A stretch of DNA of 64,000 bases, from contig CAZYUH010000001.1 in the NCBI GenBank assembly GCA_964650645.1, positions 153,873 through 217,872 of the forward strand, given 5' to 3'. The position numbers and the translations under genes are program-made. The notes below the pieces were generated by a model that saw nothing but the letters and a program-made list of their open reading frames with translations, searched no databases and was not told the DNA's origin. Shown here in pieces: positions 1 through 8,214 of this stretch (the stretch's first letter is position 1; every line of letters begins with the position of its first letter). The stretch is from an uncultured Candidatus Saccharibacteria bacterium (GTDB lineage: Bacteria; Patescibacteriota; Minisyncoccia; Phycocordibacterales; SBAW01).

Positions 1-318
1 GTTGACCTCGTCCATGCGCTCCACCACCCTCTGCATCAAAGACGACATGTTCCCCCACCAAATGGGCGTAGCGAACACGATGATGTCGGCCGCGCTCATG
101 CGGGCAAAGATGCCGGGCCACTCGTCCTGCCTGCCATCCACCATTCCCATATCGGTCTTGGTGCCGGGCGGAATATGATGCCCGACGAGCGCCACCATCT
201 CGCTCTCGACGCCCTGTTCCTTCAGCTTCTCAATCAGCAGGTCGCAGAGCACCCCGGTGTTGGAGTATTCGCCCGCTTCGCGCCGCTTCAGCGACGCCAA
301 CAAGAATACCGCTTTCAT
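1..318 (-). CDS. NAD(P)H-dependent FMN reductase / flavodoxin-like protein (start at 318; C-terminal part lies outside the window)
   Basis: Reverse translation gives MKAVFLLASLKRREAGEYSNTGVLCDLLIEKLKEQGVESEMVALVGHH...IIVFATPIWWGNMSSLMQRVVERMD, typical of the flavodoxin-like NADPH-dependent FMN reductase fold. Co-directional with and 1 nt downstream of the VOC gene. Confidence 0.5.
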   Translation of the reverse strand, partial: MKAVFLLASLKRREAGEYSNTGVLCDLLIEKLKEQGVESEMVALVGHHIPPGTKTDMGMVDGRQDEWPGIFARMSAADIIVFATPIWWGNMSSLMQRVVERMDEVN

Positions 319-319
319 A

Positions 320-709
320 TTACGCCTGGGGAGGATTAGGGTCGTGCCAGACCGCTTCTATATTATTGCCGTCGGGGTCGCGGATGAACGCCGCGTAGTA
401 GCCCGGGCCGTACTCGGTGCGGTAGCCCGGCGCCCCGTTGTCCGCGCCGCCGGCTTCGAGCCCCGCCTTGTGGAACGCGTCCACTTCCTCTTTCGTCTTC
501 ACCGCAAAAGCCGTGTGCCCGCCGCCCGCCGGCTCTTTAATGGAAATCCAGAAGTCGCTGTGCGCCGTGTCCCCGAACCCGCACACCTTGTACTCCTCCA
601 TGTCGGCGCCAAGCTTGTAGCCTATGGGCGCGAGCGCCTTTATATAGAACTCCTTTGACTTCCGGTAATCGCTGACGCCTGCGGATGCGTGGTCAATCAT
701 GCTCTCCAT
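320..709 (-). CDS. VOC family (glyoxalase/bleomycin-resistance-like) protein
   Basis: ORF 320..760; internal start MESMIDHASAGVSDYRKSKEFYIKALAPIGYKLG... matches the glyoxalase/VOC fold pattern. Confidence 0.65.
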   Translation of the reverse strand: MESMIDHASAGVSDYRKSKEFYIKALAPIGYKLGADMEEYKVCGFGDTAHSDFWISIKEPAGGGHTAFAVKTKEEVDAFHKAGLEAGGADNGAPGYRTEYGPGYYAAFIRDPDGNNIEAVWHDPNPPQA

Positions 710-864
710 AGTACCGCGCGTTTCTGAAGGAATCAGGAAGCCCCCGAGGGTACTGGACAAACTTCAGAAAATACATATAATATAAGCATATCCGTTAGAG
801 GGCTCAATAAGGCCCTTTTCGCGCCAGAATCGCCCCGCTCGGGGCGCTTGCATATCCCATCCGC

Positions 865-2013
865 ATGAAGATTTTTACCAACACCCAGACGTCGCACGTA
901 GCCGGCATAAGCCGGGTCATGTCGTCGTTCGCGAGCCATGTGCGCTCGCTGCGCGCCCAGCGCGTGGAGCTGGTATCGGTATCGCTGGCAAAAACGCCCG
1001 GCGGAGCGCAGGAATGGAGGACGGAGCGCGGCCCGGGCTGCAGCGCGCTTCATGAGTACCAGGCGCCGCTGCCGCAGTTCGGCGAGGTGATCCGCGCGGC
1101 GCGCACGCTCGACGATGTCCGCCGCGCGTACGCGCCGCTTACCGAAGCCCTGCGCCAGAAGCTCAAGGAGGAGCGCCCCGACGTGGTGCTGGTAAACGGG
1201 ACGTACTTCATGCCATGGTGCCTCATGATGGCGGCGCGTTCCCTGCGCATCCCGGTCGTGCTCTATTACCACGGCTCGCTCACCAAAGAGACCGCGCACT
1301 GGGACGACCCGCGCGCGCGCCGCCTGCTGACGCGCCTCGAGGCGTCGTTCGACCGCGCCGACGTAAAGCACATATTCCCCTCCGCGCTCATAAAAGAATT
1401 CGTCGAGCGGGAGGTATTCCTGCGCCCCCTTCCGCGCCGCAGCGCGGTAGTGCTGCCCAACCCCGTACCCGAGGCGTTCTTCAGGGCGCGCGGCCGCAAG
1501 ACCAAGCCGCGCATCGCATTCGTCGGCCGCTGGGCCCGCGTAAAGAACCCCGCCTTCCTGGTGCGGCTCGTCGCGCTCAACCGCCGCGCCGGCAGCCCTT
1601 TCGAGATATGGGTGCTGACCGACCCCGAAAGCCGCAAGCACGCGGCGAAGATACTGCACGACCGAGTGCATTTCGCGCGCCCGCGCTCGAAGAGCGCCGA
1701 CCTCGCGAGCTTCTACCGCCGCATGAGCGCGGTCATATGCCCTTCGCATTTCGAGACGTACGGCAACGTGGCGCAGGAGGCGGTCGCCGCAGGGACACCG
1801 GCGTTCGTCAGCCGCAACATGGGCGTCGCTGAGATACTCCGCAAGGTGGGGCTCGATGAGCTTATCGTTGATTTCAACAACCCGCGAGAGGTGTTCAAGC
1901 TGCTGCAGGCCGCCGCCGACACGCAGGTAGACCGCACCGCGCGACGCGCCCTGCGCCGCATCGCGGGCGCGCCCGTCGTGCACACGAAGCTCCTGGAGTA
2001 CCTGCGCGCATAG
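865..2013 (+). CDS. Glycosyltransferase family 4 (GT1-fold)
   Basis: 382 aa; C-terminal E-x7-E style motif FETYGNVAQEAVAAGTPAF typical of GT4 retaining glycosyltransferases. Confidence 0.7.
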   Translation: MKIFTNTQTSHVAGISRVMSSFASHVRSLRAQRVELVSVSLAKTPGGAQEWRTERGPGCSALHEYQAPLPQFGEVIRAARTLDDVRRAYAPLTEALRQKLKEERPDVVLVNGTYFMPWCLMMAARSLRIPVVLYYHGSLTKETAHWDDPRARRLLTRLEASFDRADVKHIFPSALIKEFVEREVFLRPLPRRSAVVLPNPVPEAFFRARGRKTKPRIAFVGRWARVKNPAFLVRLVALNRRAGSPFEIWVLTDPESRKHAAKILHDRVHFARPRSKSADLASFYRRMSAVICPSHFETYGNVAQEAVAAGTPAFVSRNMGVAEILRKVGLDELIVDFNNPREVFKLLQAAADTQVDRTARRALRRIAGAPVVHTKLLEYLRA

Positions 2014-2017
2014 CGCT

Positions 2018-2485
2018 TCAGGCCACCGACTCGCCCAGATCCAGGATGCGCTCGAAGTGCTTCCCGCTCACCGGCTGCACCGAAAGCCGCGTCGCTTGCG
2101 CGAGCACCATCCCGCGCAGCACCATGTCGGCCTTGACCTCGCCCAGGGTCACCGGGCGCTTAAAGGTCTTTACGAACGCCACGTCCACGAGCATCCATCT
2201 GGGCTTCTCTTTCGTGGCCTTCGGGTCGAAGTAGTGGCTCTTTTCATCAAACTGCGTCGGGTCCGGGTACGGCTCGCTCACCACCTTGGCGACGCCCACG
2301 CATCGCCTCTCATCGCCCGAGTGGTAAAAGACGCACAGGTCGCCCTTATGCATCCCCGTCATGTAGTTGCGCGCCTGGTAGTTGCGCACGCCGGTCCAGC
2401 CGGTCTTCTTATCGCGCCTGAGGTCGTCGATGGAGTAGGTGTCGGGCTCGGATTTCAGGAGGTAGTAGTTTTTCGCCATGGCCAT
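2018..2485 (-). CDS. EVE (PUA-like) domain protein
   Basis: 155 aa; N-terminus YYLLKSEPDTYSIDDL...WTGVRNYQARNYM is the EVE domain signature. Confidence 0.7.
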   Translation of the reverse strand: MAMAKNYYLLKSEPDTYSIDDLRRDKKTGWTGVRNYQARNYMTGMHKGDLCVFYHSGDERRCVGVAKVVSEPYPDPTQFDEKSHYFDPKATKEKPRWMLVDVAFVKTFKRPVTLGEVKADMVLRGMVLAQATRLSVQPVSGKHFERILDLGESVA

Positions 2486-2533
2486 ATGGTAGCAGACGCG
2501 GCACGCATGCCCGATCGCGCCTTATGGTGCCCG

Positions 2534-2932
2534 CTAGGGCCTGTTCATTGTCATGATCGCGAACTGCAGCACCATGGCAAAGCTCACCCATGCCAGGTAC
2601 GGCAAGTTAATGTACGCAACCCAGGGCGCGAACGGCACTATCGCCATCAGCGCCCAAATAAGGGTCGTCCAGACAAGGAAGATATCGGCCGCCGCGAGCG
2701 CGAAGCTGCGCAAGCGGAATTGGACCGCGGTGAACAGGAAGTTGAAGAGCAGATTGAGCGCGAACGGAACCGCGGCGGCGGCAGGCAGGGTTCCCGCAGC
2801 CAATGAGTATCCTACGTATCCGAACGACAGCGCCATGAGCGCGTACAGCACCGCCCACACCGGCGCAAAAAGCCGCGCAGGAGGCGCCCATGAAGGCTTT
2901 TTGTAATCGCCGTATTGGGAGCGGGCGCGCAT
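2534..2932 (-). CDS. TspO/MBR family tryptophan-rich sensory protein
   Basis: KPSWAPPARLFAPVWAVLYALMALS and NLLFNFLFTAVQFRLRS match TspO conserved blocks. Several TM helices. Start may be an upstream non-ATG codon. Confidence 0.6.
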   Translation of the reverse strand: MRARSQYGDYKKPSWAPPARLFAPVWAVLYALMALSFGYVGYSLAAGTLPAAAAVPFALNLLFNFLFTAVQFRLRSFALAAADIFLVWTTLIWALMAIVPFAPWVAYINLPYLAWVSFAMVLQFAIMTMNRP

Positions 2933-2935
2933 ACG

Positions 2936-3415
2936 CTATTCGCCACCAAGCGGTATTTCTCTCAATACATGCTCGCTGCCTTTCTGCTGGAACGCGTAAT
3001 CCCCCCAGCGCACCCATGCCGGCTTGATCCATATGACTACGCGCTCCCTGGGATCGAGCTTCGTTATCGGGCCGTAAAACCAGTTGTTCGAATTGAGCGC
3101 GTCGATAAGCCCGGGCATCTTATCCTTCGCCTCGTCGTCAAGCGATATGTCCATGGCGACGCCCTCTATCTGGAGCGTCTGCGGCACGTCCGATACGGAT
3201 ACGGTAAAGGCGACCTTGGGATTGGCCTGCACGGCGGCGAACTTGCGGCTGCTTATGAGCGTCAGGATGTATACGTTGAAATCGTCGTCGGCGGTGTAGT
3301 ACACCGTGCTCGCATGGGGCTCGCCGGTTGCGGAAACCGTGGCAAGCACGCCGGTATTGTGGCCCTTGAGGAAAAAGCGGGCGTCCAGGAGGGCATTATT
3401 GCGTTCGGCATCCAT
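2936..3415 (-). CDS. Pyridoxamine 5'-phosphate oxidase family FMN-binding protein
   Basis: 159 aa; FLKGHNTGVLATVSATGEPHASTVYY is typical of the PNPOx-like split-barrel family. Confidence 0.65.
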   Translation of the reverse strand: MDAERNNALLDARFFLKGHNTGVLATVSATGEPHASTVYYTADDDFNVYILTLISSRKFAAVQANPKVAFTVSVSDVPQTLQIEGVAMDISLDDEAKDKMPGLIDALNSNNWFYGPITKLDPRERVVIWIKPAWVRWGDYAFQQKGSEHVLREIPLGGE

Positions 3416-3422
3416 GCGCTTA

Positions 3423-3586
3423 TTATTGCATTACGGAAAGGGCCGCTCCCAAATAGAACGGCCACAACACGAGCGCCAGCACCCCCTGCCAGAACCCCAG
3501 GTGCAGGTATCCGATAGTAAACAGCCAAGCGGCGACCCACACCCCGCCCGACAGCGTATGATGCTCGATTTTTATCTTCTCCATAG
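3423..3586 (-). CDS. Small hypothetical membrane protein (54 aa)
   Basis: Internal ATG (MEKIKIEHHTLSGGVWVAAWLFTIGYLHLGFWQG...) within ORF 3423..3674. Two predicted TM segments. Weak. Confidence 0.3.
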
Positions 3587-3747
3587 CATGATCATACACC
3601 CGTTTCCTGAAGGCAGGGCGGGTATCGGGAATTGCCGGGGGCCGGGGCCCCGTCCGCCCAAAAGCAGCTATCAACTTGACAGTTTAGGAGTTTTGCAGTA
3701 CTATCGCGGCGTACTTGGATCTTTGGCACGCATAGAAAGGAGCCAAC

Positions 3748-4047
3748 ATGCTCACCACTTCCTCGCTGCTCTTCGGATTATTTACGGGCGCCTTATTCTC
3801 GTCCATCTTCTGGTTCGGATACAAGCACAAGCCCTTCCCGCCGGGAGCCAACATGACGCTATTGGCGTGCATGCTGGGCACGCCCTTCATTCCCGCGATG
3901 GCGTCCCTTGTCTTTGCGGACGGCGGCTGGATGCGGGTATTCGAGAGCGTCGCTATAAACGCGTCCGCGTCCGCTCTCGCGTTCGCGGTCGCATTTGCCG
4001 TCGTATTAGCATTGCGCGAGTATCTAAAGTCCCGGCGCCTGGTCTGA
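3748..4047 (+). CDS. Hypothetical membrane protein (99 aa)
   Basis: RBS GAAAGGAG 8 nt upstream of the ATG. Hydrophobic segments. Followed by an intrinsic terminator. Confidence 0.5.
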   Translation: MLTTSSLLFGLFTGALFSSIFWFGYKHKPFPPGANMTLLACMLGTPFIPAMASLVFADGGWMRVFESVAINASASALAFAVAFAVVLALREYLKSRRLV

Positions 4048-4066
4048 ACTGCTGACTCCCGCCTAC

Positions 4067-4104
4067 CCGCGCCGATTGAAAAATCGGCGCGGTTTTTCTT
4101 TTTT
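4067..4104 (+). terminator. Rho-independent terminator
   Basis: CGCGCCGATT-GAAAA-ATCGGCGCG hairpin followed by TTTTTCTTTTTT. Confidence 0.6.
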
Positions 4105-4147
4105 AAAAAAGCGGTTGCCGGGGATGGATTCGGCCACGCATAAAAAT

Positions 4148-4181
4148 GGCCGGCGCTTTTGGCGCCGGCCGGTGTCTTTTT
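4148..4181. terminator. Bidirectional intrinsic terminator
   Basis: GGCCGGCGC-TTTT-GGCGCCGGCC with an A-run upstream and a T-run downstream; 3 nt from the stop of the minus-strand gene ending at 4184. Confidence 0.55.
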
Positions 4182-4183
4182 GC

Positions 4184-4627
4184 TCAAGGATACGCGCGGC
4201 CCATGACGCGGCGGAACCAGTCCGGACCGGATAGGCCTTGCCAGCCATTGGCGCGGTCGCGCATCAGCTCGTCAGGAAAGGCCTGCGCGCGGGAGAGGAA
4301 CGCCCCCACATCATGCATTCTTTCCTTGTTGTTCCACCGGGCGCACTCGTCCCAGCATGGCGTTCGCCCTTCCCGCTCCATCGCGCACGGCATGTGCGCC
4401 CTCGCGAGCGCGCAGGCATTGCCCCGGTTGTCTATCATCGCGCCCGCCATGCCGACGAACCCGTAGAACGGGCACTGCGGCCGGCGCGCGCTTGTTTCCG
4501 CCTCCTGCACAGGAGGGGCATCGACGCCGCGCAGCAATCGCATGAACCGCGCACCGAGCCCCGCTCCCCTCTTGTACTCCGAGGAATCGGGCTGGAACGC
4601 CGCGCTGTTTCCGAATAGTATCCGCAT
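4184..4627 (-). CDS. Cysteine-rich hypothetical protein (147 aa)
   Basis: RBS AAAGGAG before the ATG. Six Cys (CPFYGF...C...C...CWDEC) suggest a metal/Fe-S binding small protein. No family recognised. Confidence 0.45.
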   Translation of the reverse strand: MRILFGNSAAFQPDSSEYKRGAGLGARFMRLLRGVDAPPVQEAETSARRPQCPFYGFVGMAGAMIDNRGNACALARAHMPCAMEREGRTPCWDECARWNNKERMHDVGAFLSRAQAFPDELMRDRANGWQGLSGPDWFRRVMGRAYP

Positions 4628-4698
4628 CGCGCATCTCCTTTTTACACTGCAAAGATTCAGTCCTACCGGGCACTATAGCAAACGGTCGAGATTTTTGG

Positions 4699-4711
4699 GA
4701 GGGAGGGATTC
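4699..4711 (-). repeat. Direct repeat of tRNA-Ser 3' end (distal att-like repeat, copy 1)
   Basis: GAGGGAGGGATTC is identical to 6986..6998 and to 7178..7190 inside tRNA-Ser. Confidence 0.55.
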
Positions 4712-4899
4712 AAAATTAGAAATACCCCTAGGCCTCAGAAATACGTTGCAAAATATAGTCAGCGATATGCAGCATTAGTCAGGTTTTATCACTTTTTGGG
4801 CAACCGGTGGTCAACCGGAAATTACCAACCCAAGGAGCAGTACAGGCGAAAGTGATAAAACTGGCTCACAAACTACCGCCCAGGCGGTAGTTTTGTGTT

Positions 4900-5454
4900 T
4901 TATTGAGAACCCAACTGAGGGGGTATGGGCTTTAATATTTCTACCTGAGCCGGGTCAAGTTTGACTGTTTGTGTGTTAAAGAAAGCTAGCCAAATGGAAA
5001 TAACAGAAGATATGACGATAGCGAAGACAGAAATCCCGATAGCCCACATAGAAAGTGTTCTCGCCTCTCTTGAAGCCTCCCTAGCAAACTTCAACTCTTG
5101 ATAATCGAGGTACTTAAAGTGTGCGTCCAAAGTTAAGCTGTAACGATGCGAATCATCTTGAAATAGTGAGTTGTGTGGATGCCCAAGTAAAAGAAAAGGT
5201 GTTTCGTTATTACCACTTTCACCCATCACTTTAGATTGACGAGCGTTTGTATGAGCACTATGAAGATACTTCTCTACTATCGCTTTCTCCCACCTCAAAG
5301 TATCTTCTGTTAAGCCAAGGCCTTCAATTATTTCTTTATAAGAAAAACCACCAGGATGTTCAAGGCCAAAAGCAATAGCTTTCAGAAAAATATTGTCTTC
5401 AATTTGCGCTTCAAGTTTCCTTTTCTGAATGTCCTCTATGGAAGAAATCTTCAT
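4900..5454 (-). CDS. Hypothetical protein with C-terminal TM anchor (island cargo)
   Basis: 184 aa. Strongly AT-rich relative to flanks. Hydrophobic helix WAIGISVFAIVISSVISIWLAFF near the C-terminus. Immediately downstream of the Shedu-like gene. Confidence 0.5.
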   Translation of the reverse strand: MKISSIEDIQKRKLEAQIEDNIFLKAIAFGLEHPGGFSYKEIIEGLGLTEDTLRWEKAIVEKYLHSAHTNARQSKVMGESGNNETPFLLLGHPHNSLFQDDSHRYSLTLDAHFKYLDYQELKFAREASREARTLSMWAIGISVFAIVISSVISIWLAFFNTQTVKLDPAQVEILKPIPPQLGSQ

Positions 5455-5463
5455 AAGAATATT

Positions 5464-6687
5464 TTACTGTTCAACAATGAACTTTGCTCTTTCGTACAAC
5501 TCGTCAAACGTGACGATTTCAATTCCACTTACTTGCTGCCTATACAACTCAAAAGAAGATAGCTTTTCGTAGTTGATACCTGTTTCAGTTTTAAAGTCAT
5601 CTAGCTTTCCTATAACTACAATGCCGCGGGGTTTAACAAAAAGTATTTCTTCGCCAGTAGGATTACCATCCTTGTCAGTAGGCTTGTGGTAGTTGTTTTG
5701 TATCTTGAGAGTAACTTTATGTATAGTCTTTTGTATTTGAGCAACTGCACCTCTAAGTTCTTTTGCAGGAACAAATACACCTGGCCTCTCATACGCTTCA
5801 ATCAATAAGTCAGGCAAGTGCGTTTTGATTTCACAAAATAGGAACTTTGAAATACTGCCTTTGGTCTTCAGAAGTGCATCTATTCTCTTTCCACTACCGT
5901 CTATCAGATCGTTACCGACCACCGTAGACTCTAATTTTTTATCATCTAGGCCCTCACAAGCTACGAGTTGTAGACCGTAACCAAAAATCCAGGGATTTTC
6001 CTCAAAAAACGCTTGCCATACATCTTCAGTCTTTTTATTCTCTCCTAGCTTTTCTCGTTCTTGTGCAAAAAAGTCAGCATCGTTAAGAAGTTTTTCAAAA
6101 TGTTCTAGCTTGGAACGCCTATCCTGCAATAAACCAATGTCTTTATCTGAAATCTCCTTACCGTACTTCTTTGCAAATCCTTCTAGAGCAGCCTCTTTAG
6201 TAAGGTCATCAAATATATCCTTCTTTGCCTTATCAACTACTGAGTAAGTAGCAGAAGCGAAGTCAACACCTTGTCCCTCAAAAGTACGGATAAAACTTAC
6301 CAATTTTTCAAAGTTCTCATGGCAACTATCTAGGCTAACTTTTGCCTTTATTAAGTTTTGGTCAATTGAGTCCTTTGAGAAAGTCTCAATTGCTTTCTTG
6401 GTAGTATTCCAGATTTGAAAGTCGAATCTAGGGGTAAATCGTCCATTTGCTCCCTTAATCAAAGTCACCGTGCAGGACTTCTCTGTTTGACTAGTAACTT
6501 GCAACACAAAACGTTTTATCAAACCCTTTTTCGAATTTTGAAAATACCAGAATCCTTCAATTTCTGGAGCTGATGCTATGAATACGTCCTCAAAAGAGTC
6601 CCGGCCTATTACAAAGTCAGTATTGCCAAAAGAAGGATAGACCTTATAGATGCCCATATTTTCTGCCATTTCTTTTAGAGATGCCAT
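5464..6687 (-). CDS. Shedu-like (SduA/DUF4263) PD-(D/E)xK nuclease-domain protein
   Basis: 407 aa, low GC. C-terminal region GKRIDALLKTKGSISKFLFCEIKTH ... VKPRGIVVIGK ... ELYRQQVSGIEIVTFDELYERA shows the D...E-x-K core and the C-terminal IVTFDEL block typical of DUF4263/Shedu. N-terminal domain is unrelated and variable. Confidence 0.5.
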   Translation of the reverse strand: MASLKEMAENMGIYKVYPSFGNTDFVIGRDSFEDVFIASAPEIEGFWYFQNSKKGLIKRFVLQVTSQTEKSCTVTLIKGANGRFTPRFDFQIWNTTKKAIETFSKDSIDQNLIKAKVSLDSCHENFEKLVSFIRTFEGQGVDFASATYSVVDKAKKDIFDDLTKEAALEGFAKKYGKEISDKDIGLLQDRRSKLEHFEKLLNDADFFAQEREKLGENKKTEDVWQAFFEENPWIFGYGLQLVACEGLDDKKLESTVVGNDLIDGSGKRIDALLKTKGSISKFLFCEIKTHLPDLLIEAYERPGVFVPAKELRGAVAQIQKTIHKVTLKIQNNYHKPTDKDGNPTGEEILFVKPRGIVVIGKLDDFKTETGINYEKLSSFELYRQQVSGIEIVTFDELYERAKFIVEQ

Positions 6688-6985
6688 GTGAAAATTTATT
6701 TAACACGCCAATAGAACCATAGTCTTTGCCTATGGTAAAGAGCTAGCGTGGGCAGGCATCCGAGGCGCCCTACGGAGCTTCGTGCCGCGCCTAGCGGCAT
6801 GAAGGGGCGGGCTGCCCGCGCTAGCTAAAAGGTCCTTTACGGACAGGAGTTTCAGCTTCTTTTTCCGCTCCTGGCTTACGAGTATTTTCTTCTATCTTCT
6901 CAAGCAAATTTACTATTCGATTTTGCTTCCAGGGGGATTAGGGCTAAGCTCTTTAAGAAATTACTATTCGTGGTCTTTTATTTCT

Positions 6986-6998
6986 GAGGGAGGGATTC
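6986..6998 (-). repeat. Direct repeat of tRNA-Ser 3' end (copy 2)
   Basis: GAGGGAGGGATTC(G), identical 13-14 nt to the tRNA-Ser 3' region. Confidence 0.55.
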
Positions 6999-7135
6999 GG
7001 TCAGGCGTTCAAAGCTTGCCGTCGCAAGCTTTGCCGCACGACCCTGCCTCGCTCCCGCGCCTGCTGGCGCGGGACCCGCTCCGGCTTTCGAATCCCTCGC
7101 GCAAAGCGCCCCGCGCTTTGCTCCTCTCCGCCAAC
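6999..7135 (-). ncRNA. Structured repeat element A (tRNA-flank element family; possible ncRNA or recombination-site structure)
   Basis: Homologous to elements B, C and D. Shared core GCGAGGGATTCGAAAGCCGGAGCGGG. Hairpins GCAAAGCGC-GGG-GCGCTTTGC and AAAGCTTG-CGACGG-CAAGCTTT, with stems differing from the other copies by compensatory changes. Confidence 0.5.
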
Positions 7136-7168
7136 AAAAATGGCGCCCAAACGGCGCTCATGTTTTGT
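7136..7168. terminator. Terminator downstream of tRNA-Ser, embedded in a 10-bp inverted repeat
   Basis: GGCGCC-CAAAC-GGCGC hairpin flanked by T/A runs. Outer inverted repeat CTCTCCGCCA (7116-7125) / TGGCGGAGAG (7171-7180). Confidence 0.5.
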
Positions 7169-7170
7169 CT

Positions 7171-7264
7171 TGGCGGAGAGGGAGGGATTCGAACCCTCGA
7201 TACGGATATTACCCCGTATGGGGGATTAGCAATCCCCTGCTTTCAGCCGCTCAGCCACCTCTCC
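7171..7264 (-). tRNA. tRNA-Ser (anticodon GCT), CCA encoded
   Basis: Reverse complement GGAGAGGTGGCTGAGCGG...GGGGATTGCTAATCCCC...long variable arm...CGAGGGTTCGAATCCCTCCCTCTCCGCCA; cloverleaf with anticodon loop TTGCTAA. Confidence 0.85.
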
Positions 7265-7357
7265 TTTTATTTCAATTCCCCGCCCCAGGCATATCCCCTC
7301 GAGCGAAGCGACCTCTCCTTGCCTGCCTAATTTACACCAAAAAGCGCTCCGATGCAC

Positions 7358-7396
7358 CCTATAGAAAAGCCCGCCCGAGGGTATCGGGCGGGCGGG
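7358..7396 (-). terminator. Intrinsic terminator for the gene ending at 7403
   Basis: GCCCGCCCG-ATACCCTC-GGGCGGGC followed by TTTTCTAT on the minus strand. Confidence 0.5.
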
Positions 7397-7402
7397 CGTC
7401 TT

Positions 7403-7972
7403 CTATTCCGTAACAGCGGGCCTCGGATGGCGGACGTACAAGGGGTCCAGCTTCAGCTCCATTATGAGCTTCTCGCGCCAGCCCGGCCGCTCATCGAGCT
7501 TTTCGCGGCCGTCCCGCGGCCGGATCCCTCTCCGCGCATCCTGCTCCAAATGGCGGAGCGCCCGGGCGGCATCAAGCTTATCGAGCGCGCCGCTCAGGCC
7601 GACTATGTTCCAGTCCGACAGGGACAGGGTGGCACACCCTACCGTCAAGCCGACAAGCTCGCCGGTAGCGCAGTCTATCGCCGGGGACGCGTTCGAGTCC
7701 CCAGTCAGCCAGAACCCGTGAAGATACGCGTACTGGTACCTGGCCGAATAGACGCCATCCCAGCCGTCGGCATGGAGCGCCAGCCACGGGACGCGCCGCC
7801 ACTCCTCCTTCTGCGCGCGCACGTACGCGCGGACTCCTGCAACAAGCTCCTTGCGATCGGAACGTATCTTCCCAAGCAAATCCTCCACTGCACCCTCCGT
7901 TGTGAACAAAAGCCTGGGCAGAGCGTACTCCAGGACGCCCCGCCGGGCAACCCGCGCACCAGCGCCGGACAA
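7403..7972 (-). CDS. Hypothetical protein (189 aa)
   Basis: Balanced amino-acid composition versus the overlapping P/R/G-rich + strand ORF. Has its own terminator. No family recognised. Confidence 0.4.
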   Translation of the reverse strand: MSGAGARVARRGVLEYALPRLLFTTEGAVEDLLGKIRSDRKELVAGVRAYVRAQKEEWRRVPWLALHADGWDGVYSARYQYAYLHGFWLTGDSNASPAIDCATGELVGLTVGCATLSLSDWNIVGLSGALDKLDAARALRHLEQDARRGIRPRDGREKLDERPGWREKLIMELKLDPLYVRHPRPAVTE

Positions 7973-8214
7973 AAAACGCCCCGGGAGTCCGGGGCGCTTC
8001 CTATAGTCCCATGGACGTCGCCATAACGTTTATGGTGGCGTTCGGGATGGCCGCATGCGGGCAGTCGGCGAATATGGCGCATGCGTCCTCGTGCGTTTCC
8101 GCCTGCACTACCTGCAGGAAGCTGAGGTCGTTGCGCCCTGCGGCGTGCCTGCGGCCTGAAACCCGTGGCATACTTACAAGCGTTACCAGTAACCAAGCTT
8201 TCGCTATTCGCATG

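Noticed and set aside
6975-7127. Possible second tRNA or tmRNA-like gene on the + strand ending ...CTCTCCGCCA
   Set aside because: No cloverleaf: there is no acceptor 5' strand, and extra hairpins lie between the T-arm-like segment and the 3' end. The CCA-like end is the mirrored tRNA-Ser terminus, and the region is better explained as element A on the minus strand.
7352-8026. 224-aa + strand ORF overlapping the 7403..7972 minus-strand gene
   Set aside because: P/R/G-rich composition typical of antisense frames in high-GC DNA. The minus-strand ORF has balanced composition and its own terminator.
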